This document shows, piece by piece, positions 27,195-37,700 of a DNA stretch of 64,000 bases. The stretch covers positions 35,772 to 99,771 of IMG/VR virus record IMGVR_UViG_3300017969_000006. The stretch is one strand, 5' to 3'. The position numbers and the translations under genes were made by a program. Positions within the stretch are counted from its first letter, which is position 1, and every line of letters begins with the position of its first letter. Origin of the DNA: a virus. A model generated the notes under the pieces. That model saw only the letters and a list, made by a program, of their open reading frames with translations, did not search any database and had not been told where the DNA came from.

Positions 27195-30038
27195 AACGCT
27201 GTAGATGGTGACGAGGACGGTCTCGTTCAGGAGGGCACCCCCTTCGAGCGTCCAGCCACACCCAATGTCGCTCGCGCCCTTAGGAGCGCCACAAGTTCCG
27301 CCGGATTCGACGGGATGAAACGCGACGATATGGCGAAAATGCGTTCAGAAGAATTCAACGAGGCGGTACAGAAACAGTTCGAAAAAGCAAAGGAACTGAG
27401 GGCCGAACTGTACGAGAAATATCCAAAACTGGATGCGATGCTTGCAGCGCAGCAGATTGCGACCGTCACTTCAGTTCGCACCGGTCAGGACATCCGTGAA
27501 GAAGATGTCATGGAAGAACTTCAAGATCTGCTGAAGATCGATAGCGACGAAATCGACGACCTAGCAGACATCATCGCCAGTACACGATTCAGCCAAGACC
27601 TCCTCGAAGCGGACGAAGCGCAAATGTCAATTTCTCGCGCTCGAGATTTCGTTGAGGAAACAACTGAGGACATGGGGAACATCTCGCTCGCAATCACCGA
27701 CATGGAAGAAGACGTAGAAACCGCTCTTGACCGAATCAAGAAAGAACTTGACGGCATGGAGATTTCTACAGGGCAATTCAAAGATCTTGCTGAATCCGAT
27801 GACCGTGCCGACGCAACCCGCAGGCTACTCACTGATTTGATTGACGACCGAGAAGAACTTGAGCAACAGATTCCTCAAATGGGCTACCTTCTTGAAGATT
27901 ACGACGAGGTCAAGGAGATGCGCGATCAACTCAAAGACCTCGTAGATGAACTCGAAGAACTTTCAAGTGGACCTGTTGAATCTAGGGAGCGGGGACGAGA
28001 TCTGCTTAAGCAAGGTTTCCTGAACGCTGACTCACTAAACACGGGGTACGACGAAGACAAGTTTCGTGAGATGCTTGGAAAGTTCCGCAAGACAAAGACT
28101 TACGAGCGTGCCACCGAAGGGATGACAATCGTCCGCAAGCGCAGTATTCCAAAATCTGAACCCGTTGCTGACAGCGACGCCGCAAGGGACATTCATGGAC
28201 TTGGAAAGCGCAGCATCATCAACATCCCGGAAACGGGCGTTCAGGTCATGCTCAACGATGATCAACGTGGCGATGCTCGTCGCACCATCGCTGGTCTCAG
28301 GTCATCAACACAAAATCCTGATGCTTTCGAGAAGATGGACGAGTGGCTTTCCGGTAAATCGCCCAATATTTCGCGAGATCAGCATGAGGAGATTTTCAAC
28401 GAGTTCGCAGATGCCGCCAACCGGGATTTGGATCTTGGAGACCTCCGACACGTCCGTGACGCGATCAACTTGGCGGCAATGTCTGAAGATGGAAAATGGA
28501 AAACGCCAAAGGCTGAGGGTGGATTCGATGGAAGACCAAAACCCGCTGGTCTGACTAAGCGCCAAAGAGCAGATTTGTTGGAGTGGGGGCAAAACGACGC
28601 AGATGACATGCTGCGTAGACGCTTCGTTGGTCTGAAAGAAGATGATGTGTCCCCCAAGGGGTGGATGATGCTCCGCAACGATTTTGGCGGTGGCATGCGT
28701 TCAGCAACTGGCGGTGGAAGCATCAATGAAACGCGTGACACCGGCAAGCGAGCACAGCGAGGTAGGCCGGTTGGCGCTGGTGATGAGAAGAAATTCAAGG
28801 GCAAACCGTTCTCGGAAGTAAAACCTGACAATTGGGATCAGTTGACTGCCGATGAGAGGTTTGACGAACTTCTTACGAATTTGCACCCTTCTAAGACCGG
28901 TCTTCGAGAAGTTGACTTCAACCGTTTGAGAAAAGAACTGGTGCTGGAGTCTCTCCGCTCAGATCAGGAAAGCGAGCGTGCTCGACGTCGGGCTCAGCGT
29001 CGGGAAGCGCTGGCGAACGTCAGGGTAAGCAAACCAACTGAGCGCCCTGCTGCTCGACCTGCTCCAGTTGCTACAACCGCTGAACAAGCCAAGAAGCAGC
29101 GTCAGCAGGAAGTCACGAAAATCGGCAACCGAGTTGCCCGTATTTCGTCAAATATTGACAAGCAGTTCGAGAGAGACGAAGAACGTGGTTTGGACCCCAA
29201 CGATGAGTCCCATAGAGATATTTGGGCGTCACTTACCGACATTTTGGAAGATAGCGATGAGTTAACCCTGTCTCAAGCAGAATCCATCGCTGCAACCCTT
29301 GACGACTACCTAGAAGAAGCATCCGGAGCAGATCTTACTGCAACCGAATCAAACAGTGTCCAAAATGCTCAGGTTCTTCGCGCAGATATGGGCGATCTGA
29401 TTGACAGATATAGGCTTGACCCGAATATCAGCAAGGGTGACAGTTCAGCGGCGGTCCGAATTGGCGGCGAAGGTGAAGAAGATGTCGCCACCACCGGCCG
29501 CTCCGCCGCACGATTCCTTTCCGAAGGCGGAATGCGATCATTTACCTCATACAAGCCTTCCCCAACCGTCCAAGAATACGCAGAAGCACGCAGAAGCCAA
29601 GGGCTACGCAGTCAACAGGCTGGACGAACCGTAATCAATGAGGAAGCGACATTCTTCAAGGCAATCGAAGATTCTCTGGCAAAAGAAATCAGAGAAGCAC
29701 GTAACGCCAACGATTCACGAACGGTTAAGGGGCTTGAACTACTTCAGCGAATTATGCGTCGTCAAGATTCAGGCAAAGTCTCGGATCGTCGAACCAACGC
29801 CGGCGCACTTTGGGTGACGGCAGACGAAGCCGATGAGATTTTGGACGCGATGATGTTTGCCCTTGACCGACAAATGGAAACAGGCGGATCTAGGGTGGAC
29901 CTGTATGCACAATTTGTCGAAATTATCTCGGCTGCCGCAATGGGGACATTCATCAGCAAGACGACCTCGGAGGTTTCGTCACGAACCCAAGCACGAACGA
30001 ACAGTCAAGGACGACAAGTAAATATCCCGAATCAGTAG
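27162..30038 (+). CDS. Tagged cargo protein 1 (frameshift extension of the protease; ORF track 27315..30038)
   Basis: -1 frame reads SLRGRAQSFDPNAVDGDEDGLVQEGTPFERPATPNVARALRSATSSAGFDG, then continues into MKRDD...; largely helical, five [GA][LM]RS motifs. Confidence 0.75.
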   Translation, partial: SLRGRAQSFDPNAVDGDEDGLVQEGTPFERPATPNVARALRSATSSAGFDGMKRDDMAKMRSEEFNEAVQKQFEKAKELRAELYEKYPKLDAMLAAQQIATVTSVRTGQDIREEDVMEELQDLLKIDSDEIDDLADIIASTRFSQDLLEADEAQMSISRARDFVEETTEDMGNISLAITDMEEDVETALDRIKKELDGMEISTGQFKDLAESDDRADATRRLLTDLIDDREELEQQIPQMGYLLEDYDEVKEMRDQLKDLVDELEELSSGPVESRERGRDLLKQGFLNADSLNTGYDEDKFREMLGKFRKTKTYERATEGMTIVRKRSIPKSEPVADSDAARDIHGLGKRSIINIPETGVQVMLNDDQRGDARRTIAGLRSSTQNPDAFEKMDEWLSGKSPNISRDQHEEIFNEFADAANRDLDLGDLRHVRDAINLAAMSEDGKWKTPKAEGGFDGRPKPAGLTKRQRADLLEWGQNDADDMLRRRFVGLKEDDVSPKGWMMLRNDFGGGMRSATGGGSINETRDTGKRAQRGRPVGAGDEKKFKGKPFSEVKPDNWDQLTADERFDELLTNLHPSKTGLREVDFNRLRKELVLESLRSDQESERARRRAQRREALANVRVSKPTERPAARPAPVATTAEQAKKQRQQEVTKIGNRVARISSNIDKQFERDEERGLDPNDESHRDIWASLTDILEDSDELTLSQAESIAATLDDYLEEASGADLTATESNSVQNAQVLRADMGDLIDRYRLDPNISKGDSSAAVRIGGEGEEDVATTGRSAARFLSEGGMRSFTSYKPSPTVQEYAEARRSQGLRSQQAGRTVINEEATFFKAIEDSLAKEIREARNANDSRTVKGLELLQRIMRRQDSGKVSDRRTNAGALWVTADEADEILDAMMFALDRQMETGGSRVDLYAQFVEIISAAAMGTFISKTTSEVSSRTQARTNSQGRQVNIPNQ

Positions 30039-30127
30039 AACGTCAATAAGTACTCCACAGAATAAGCCAATTTTGGGGTACAATTTGACAAACGGTCCTC
30101 ACGAAAAAACAGTTTAAATACCTCTGC

Positions 30128-31690
30128 ATGGTCACAGGCAAACAGGCTATGATGCCATGTAGTGGTTGTAGCATCTCTAAGAGATGTTTACTGAATAACA
30201 TGCAGTACAAGGAGCCTACCAACATGGAACAAGAAGAGAAAGCAGTCATCAAGATCGATGCCGAGGGCAAGATGATGAACTGCGCCAAAGGCCATGGTGG
30301 AGACGACTGCGGCTACAAAACTGGCGCGAAGATGTGCGGCAAGTGTGGAGCCATGGCAGTTGAAGTAAAAGATGACGATGCCGACTCCGAAGATCTCGAG
30401 GCCAAGTCCTACGATGAAATCGACGAAGACGACGAAATTATCGAAAAGGCACTCGCCGCCGTTGCTACCGATGAAGACGAGGACGAGGACGAGGAAGAGT
30501 CCGACGAGGAATCGGATGATGACGCCGAGATGAAGGCTGTTGGCAACGCTCCACAGATGGATGAAGAAGAAGACGAAGAAGACGAAGACGAAGAAGAGGA
30601 CGACGTTGCCCCCGCAGAGGCCGCCCCAGCCGAAGAGGCCACTCCTGCCGATGATGAGCCCACCCCTGATTCTGATGCCGAGATGGAAGAAGAAGAAGAC
30701 GAAGACGAGGAAGAGGACGACGAAGAGGAAAAAGGCTGGATGGGTGACGCTCGCAAGCGCCGCCTCCAGACCATGGGGCGCAAATCTGCCGACCTTGGTC
30801 AGACCGGCTTCCTCTGCGCCGTCGAGCGCAAGGTGTACCCGGGAAGCGCATCCGTCTGTGACGACTGCCCGGGTGGATGTATCGCCGAAAAAGGCATGCC
30901 CGGTCTCATCGAAATCGAAGGCAAGGCCGAAGCAGAGTTCAACGGTACCGTCATTGATTCCGGATACTCGCAGGACAGCGACATCTACGTCATTGACCTT
31001 GAAGTTAAGGACGGACACGCCATCGAAGTGTTCATGGAGGGATCCACTGGCGAAACCCTCGGCTTCCATCGTCTCGACGACTCTGTGTTTGAGCAGAAAT
31101 CGCTGACCGCTGACACCGAACTAATCGATTTCAACGTCGCTGCCGAAATTGCCGTCAAATCAATCGAAGGGGTTGAAGGCATCGTTACCGCTGTGGAGCC
31201 TGACACCTTCGAAGGCTTTGACGTTTACGCAGTAGAGGTCGACGGTATTGATGGCAAGTCATATGACGTATTCGTCGCTCTAGACGGAGAAGTGCTTGGT
31301 TTCGACACTTACGAACCGGACGAGGCGGAAGAGATTGAAGCCGAAGCGGCAGAAATCGCCCTCAAGCGTGCGTTTAATGAATCCCAGCGAGAGGAAATGG
31401 CCAAAGAAGGTCTTGCGCTTCCTGATGGTTCTTTCCCAATTTCCAATGTTGACGATCTGCGCAACGCAATCATGGCCCATGGCCGCGCCGTCGACAAGGA
31501 GAAAGCCAAGAAGCACATCATTAAGCGCGCCCGAGAAATGGGTAAGGAAGAGATGATTCCTGCTGCTTGGACATCCGCCAAGAAAGAAGACGCCGAGGTG
31601 AACGACATCAACGACGCAAGTTTCATGCGTTCGCTGGTCGAGTTTGAAATGCTCATGAACGAGGACGACAGCAACGACGGGAACTCCTGA
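30128..31690 (+). CDS. Acidic head-associated protein: Cys clusters, PepSY-like repeats, C-terminal DUF6582-like domain
   Basis: Long D/E tracts; AAEIAVKSIEG..VTAVE...YAVEV...YDVFVALDGEVL; QREEMAKEGLALPDGSFPISNVDDLRNAI...HIIKRA; alternative ATG 30224 has AAGGAG. Confidence 0.7.
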   Translation: MVTGKQAMMPCSGCSISKRCLLNNMQYKEPTNMEQEEKAVIKIDAEGKMMNCAKGHGGDDCGYKTGAKMCGKCGAMAVEVKDDDADSEDLEAKSYDEIDEDDEIIEKALAAVATDEDEDEDEEESDEESDDDAEMKAVGNAPQMDEEEDEEDEDEEEDDVAPAEAAPAEEATPADDEPTPDSDAEMEEEEDEDEEEDDEEEKGWMGDARKRRLQTMGRKSADLGQTGFLCAVERKVYPGSASVCDDCPGGCIAEKGMPGLIEIEGKAEAEFNGTVIDSGYSQDSDIYVIDLEVKDGHAIEVFMEGSTGETLGFHRLDDSVFEQKSLTADTELIDFNVAAEIAVKSIEGVEGIVTAVEPDTFEGFDVYAVEVDGIDGKSYDVFVALDGEVLGFDTYEPDEAEEIEAEAAEIALKRAFNESQREEMAKEGLALPDGSFPISNVDDLRNAIMAHGRAVDKEKAKKHIIKRAREMGKEEMIPAAWTSAKKEDAEVNDINDASFMRSLVEFEMLMNEDDSNDGNS

Positions 31691-31713
31691 AGGCTGGGAA
31701 AGAGTGGCCCACT

Positions 31714-34700
31714 ATGGCCAACATCCGGGCCGAACGAGTAATACTTTCTGATCGCGTCAACACCTATCGACGTGATTACGAAACCATTGGTGCTCTCTTT
31801 CGGATAAAGAGTGCGGTACTTGCTTCCCAAGAGAGCCTTGACCCAAACATCTCTGTAAAAGCGTTAAATCAGGATCTTCCCAAAAAAGATAAAAAAGATT
31901 CTGAGAAGCGCACTTCTGGTACGGGAGTTGAAGAACAACTCCCCGAACTTCGCTATGCGCCTAACGGCAAACGTGGCCGTGGCGACGTACTCAAACTGCA
32001 TGTAACCCCACGCGACCTCACAACTGGCAACGAACCAAACTTTGGTTGGATTCCTGCTCCTGAGAAAAAATCCGAAGAGGAAACACGCAAACAAATGCGT
32101 GAACTGTTGGATTGGAAGAAGCGCCGACCCAAAGTTCGCGTCAGGAGTTTTCGTGCTGACCCAAGAACAGGTCAACGAGTAGAGGATTCCGGTGTCGATG
32201 TCGAAGTAAAAGGACTCGGCAGAAAACTGAACCAGATTGTTCCCGGAGGGAATTTGTCCTCACGTGCGGCTGGGGCAGTTGGAGTACTAACTGACGCAAA
32301 CGGGAAATTCCGATGCCCGCCCGGAACCCCGGCAGCCAACCAGTTCACCGATGAATTTGGTACAAACTGTTTCAAACCAGCACTCTCCTCGCGTCGACTC
32401 ATTGGAGCGATGCGTCGGTGGTTCGACAAATATGTTGAACTCGGAGAACAAATCCAACTGCTTGAAAGCATGGGCATATACGGTGTCGGGCCAGACGACC
32501 TAACCCCTCAATACAGGCAAAACATCCGAAACATGGTTCGGGCTGCTGGAAGTGTTGCGCCAAAAGAACGCGTCCAAGAAGTTCAATCCCGAATGGACAC
32601 CGCAATTGATGCCCTCCAAACACGACTTGGAACGACTCGCGACACCACAGACAATGCCGACATGTGGACCGCGCTGGCAACGCTGGCCGCCGATGAATGG
32701 CAAGACCTTGACTTCTCAGGGATTTTTTCCGGACCGGAAGGCTGGGGTTCGTGGAACAAAAACATGCTTGCCGACCCAAAGGGTCGCACTCCTCAAGCAG
32801 CAGCAGATCACACTGCCGACGTTCGTAGCCAATACATCTCAATGTTTGACAACTGGGTGTCGGACGGCCCAATGCGCCAAAGGTACCGAGATGGAGACCC
32901 CGAAGCCAGAGCCCTCATTGACGAAATGGTTACCCGCCATCTGGCAGCAGAGCGTGGCTTCTTAAAGGCGATTCTTCAGGAGTATCAAGAATCCCCGGAA
33001 ATCATGCGTCAAGTAAAGACGCTAGGCCGAACGCAAATCCGTGATGGCGAGGCGTTTGATGACTATTGGCGAGTAGATGGAGAATGCAGCCCGGCAGGTT
33101 TCCACCCCAGAGATGGGTTCGCTCTGAATATTGACTTCAACGCGGCAGCAGTGGCTCTGAAACCAGCAATCCAAAACGGACTAGCAAATTACACTTCTGA
33201 CGGCCGCATCCTCTTATTCGATATCGACCCCAACGATGTGTCTCGCTCATTCACTTCGGAAGCCGAACAGTGGGCCGAAATCGGAAACCTGATGCAGAAC
33301 ACCGTCGATCTTGAACGGTGGCGAAATGTTTACGCTCAAGACCTTTCTACCGCACGCCACGGCTCAATCGAAGCAAAGGGTGTGCATATCGCAAAACATG
33401 AACTTGGTCACGCCCGCCAGTACCAGTTCATTAAAAATGCCGTCTTGGACACCCACGCCAAAACAGGCTCCACCTACTTAGTCAACTCAACTTCAGGTCA
33501 AATTGAACGGCTCGACGTTTCTCCCGATCAGTGGACTAACCAGCAATGGGTTGATGTGGTGACGAGTCAGGTTCAACGTCTTATCCCAGAAAAGTACCTC
33601 GCCGATGGCTTCCCACCGACGTCGCTTGAGACGTTCGAAGGAACAATGCTTCACATCATGGCGGGAAGGTATTACCAAGACGAAGTTCAAAATTTCTTCA
33701 ACTTGAATGATGATGCCAAACGAGGACAGTCGGCATTGATGATGCTCGAAGGCATGACAGAATTGCGCGCGCTTCGAGATATGGGTGTCCTCATGGATCC
33801 AGAACTCGACCGGCTCGTGTCATGGATGGACGACGTTGACCCCAGAACACCGGAACGCCCTGATCCGCAAGGAGTTATCTGGCCGCCGCCGACAAGTTCA
33901 GCAATGCAAGTGTTCCAGCCGGATCCCAATGGAACGTGGGACACAATTAGCCGCACCCCGATTGAAGATCCAAACCCGTTCATTCCTGACCTTGGCGGAA
34001 AACAGGAACATATCGATGCCATCAATTCACGCATCTCAAGTCTCAATCGCAGTCTTCCCGACGCCGAAAGAGACCTTTTTGATCCAAGAAGCGAAGTCGT
34101 CGAAATCCAGAACGGCAATGACGTTGTCGAACAACTGAGAAGTGGCAAAACCGCTCTCGACATTGAAAACCTGACGGTTAAGAAACAGCAAATCATTGAC
34201 CGCGAAGTACTTGCTGAGGACATCGCAGCAACAGGAGAAATCGACGATGTTGGGGATCTCGAGGTCGGCGATGCCATCCGATTCAAAGGATTCAAAACAC
34301 TTGATCGCCGCATGGATGCTGATCAAGAACAAGACCTTTCGGCTGACGAAGGAAAACGGAAAGTCAACTTTGTTCTACCTAAGGGAACAAAAGGCATCGA
34401 AAAACAAAACCCGGCGAACAACGAGCCCGATCAGGTTGAGATTCCCGGCGGAGAATACGAAGTCCGTTCTGTTAACCCAGATGGAACTGTCACGCTAGTT
34501 CCCCGCAGCCAAGATGATGCCGACACCGTTGCTCGTCGCCTCATCGACAGTCTTGATGGAAGTTCCGACATAGACGACGTTCGCGATGCTGTAAGAACAG
34601 TTCAGAAACGGGCGCAGAAGTACGTCCAGAAAAAGGAAAAGATTCGTCGAGCCACGCGATCCAGCGACCCGGCCACCGCACAACGTATGGAGCGGCGCAA

Positions 34701-37700
34701 TGCGGCGATTGTCGAAGAAATTCGGCAACGTGGAGCAAACCCATTCCGCGTAACCGACAGAGATATCGAACGCATCTGGGGCTCTGTAAGACCCGGTGAA
34801 CGTCCACCATTCACCCGTGCCCAAGCAGAAGAGGCTTACGGACGTGCGCTCGAAACTATCGAAGATCTCCGTGGCCGACCAACAACTGGGCGATTTGGTC
34901 GAGCATTGGAAGCAACTGATGAAGTCAGAGAATTCCTAGAGACCGCCCGCCAAAGCGAAATCGGTGCGCGTATTGAACGCGCTGTAATGGAGTACCACAA
35001 CGGTTTCGATTCACGCCCACGATACCGGACCGACATGGACGGCCTTCAGAGCATCATTGACACAGGGGACTCACGTGGCCTCATCCCGCCACGCGGTTCT
35101 CAGTGGGATCCGTTCCTTGATGCTGAAGATGCCATGCAAGGGTTCACTCCAGATGATGGAATTCGTCCACTCTTCGGCAATCTGCTGCACGCTGACGATG
35201 ACAGCGCCATTCAACGCTACTTGGACAACATCAAGGGTTACGCCGCTATTCGAGACTCGGAGTTCTTCGATCGGGTAACTGAGTCGCCACTCGGCAAAGT
35301 CCTAACCGGAGATGTCGAATTGGTTCTTCGTGCCGATGTCGCTCGCCGAACCGGATACGGAATTGGTGATGCACGAGGTCAAATCGCGTTTGGCGTCATG
35401 ATTCACGACGACGATCCAGCGCGTGTCCGTCAAGCACTCCTGACACGTCGATTTGGCGGACCTATTGACGACACCGCAACCACAGGCGCAGCATTGGACT
35501 TCTTGCACGCAGACCTGACCGGTGACTACTCGGGAATCAGAACCCCGATGGACACCCTTTCCCTTGACGCTGGCCTCAGCGTAGACGTCAGAGATCGAAC
35601 TATCCGTGGACGAGTAGACGCAGATGCATTTATCGCAGGCGGATTCAACGGCGAAGAACTAGAAAATGTTCGAATCGGTAGTGCTTCACTGAACTACAAA
35701 CGTCAATTCCTAGCACCAGCAGAAGTCGGCGCGAACAACAGCGAACTCCGCAAGAGGCTCGGTCTTGCCGGTCTCTCTAAAACTGAAGTAGACACCGTGT
35801 TTGAGTTCGCTCAAAGCGGCCGCCTCGACCTCGAATCAGCCGACTTGCTACGAATGAACAAAGCAGCACGGGAACAGGCAGACCGTTTCGCAAGAGTCGG
35901 TATCAGCACAACTTTCACCAACGATAAGGGCATTAACGTCCTTGATGGTGCTTCGGTATCGGTAGAAACACCGGGTATTGGCCGCATCGAAGCATCCAAG
36001 CGTGCCGACGACATCCTGCGTGTACGCCTTGAGGGAGAAATCGCCGAGCGCGCAGAAGACATTGCCAAACAAATTCGATCTGGTGTTGGTCTTCGTTCAG
36101 CAACCTCTTCACCACGCCGAGACGCCCCAATCAATGTCGTTGACCCCTTTAGTGATGACCCATTTGGCGGTGTGGTTGACCGAGCACGGACTGTTGTCAC
36201 CGACCGTATTCGCGACGAAGTAAGCGAAAGAGCAACGGCGCTTGCAACAGAGAAGATTGGCCGTCTGGGAGCCAAACTTTCCCGTCGTCAAGTTCAGAAT
36301 CGCGGCATACAAAGAGTTGGCATGAACGTTCTTCAATCGGACCGAGCAGAAAATTTGCTTCGTCGGGCCGGACTTGAGACAGACGACATTGAGAACATCC
36401 GCTTTGTCGGTGAACTTGCTGCTGCCTTCGGAACTTCCGGACCGGCCGGCGTCGGATTGGTTCTCGCTCGACGCGGAAGCCGTGAAGGAATCGATTTTGG
36501 TGTTCGCAAAGCACGCGAACAAGGTTGGATCACCGACAGCCAAGCCAACGCAATCTTGCGCGCCGCAGACACCGTTGCACCAGAAGGACTTCCTGATGCG
36601 GTGACGAACGCAATTGGTGAACAAGCGCAGCGAGCCATCAACTCAGACGCAGCCGATCGTGCTAGGGAAATCGCAAGCGCCGCCGCTGAACGTGTGCGTG
36701 AACTTGACCTTGGTGATCGTGTTGGGGACATTTTTGATAGGGGTCGCACGGCCGATACTCCTGCTCTTCCGTCCACACCCAACGACCCATTCTCCGCGAA
36801 TGATCCGTTCGCACCTATCTCCGGTGGAGGGCTTCGCTCTCAAACTGGGCGTTCGATTCTCGCACAGTCGAAACCAATTTTTGACATTGAATCTGATGAC
36901 GACATCAACAAATTGGCCGACGAACTGCGAACCCTTACGCAACCAGATTCAAGAAACCCTAATAACCACGTGAGCATCATGGCAGAAGAGTTGCGAGACA
37001 TTATTGGCGATATAGAAACTCCTGATCTTCTCACTGGTGAACCACGCAAATATGCGGAAGACATCACTGACAGCATTCCTTCATATATTGCCAACAGAGT
37101 ACGCGAGCAACTGGGCGATATGCCGCTTTCTGACGAACAGAAGCAACGCGTTGGGGAACTGCTCGCGGCATCCGAGCAGATGCGAGAACTTGACGCCTTC
37201 CGGTTTGACATCATGCAACGGAGGACACCTGATCAAGTCACTGATACGAATGACCCATTTGGTGGTCCACCACCAAGAAGGCCAAGCGCACCACCACCAA
37301 GAAGGCCTACAGCAAACGACCCATTCTCTGACGGTCCAGAAGAAGTTCCAGAAACGCCGCCTCAGTACACCGCTGCGCAAGCACGCGAACGTCTCGATGA
37401 GATCCTTGCAGATTCAACGATTTTTACAACCGAATTCAATCAGCGCCAATCAACTATCACCGAGCGAGAAAATCGTCGATCCGAAGTGGAAACACGCAGG
37501 CAAGAACTTGAGTCAGTAATCAATGAACTGGCTAGATACGAAATGGTTACCGCTGACCGTCTGACAGAAGAAATTGATAGAACTGCACCAGTTGGAAAAG
37601 CCACAACCACACAAGCGGCCAAAATCGATCCCAGACAACACGCCCCACAGCAAGGCATTGTTCGTGACCCCAAAGAGGTCCAGCGAATCGCAGAACAGAC

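Noticed and set aside
30188-31106. Poly-Ser, Phe/Val-rich and Lys/Thr-rich alternative ORFs
   Set aside because: Alternative readings of the GAA/GAC acidic tracts in the 520-aa gene.
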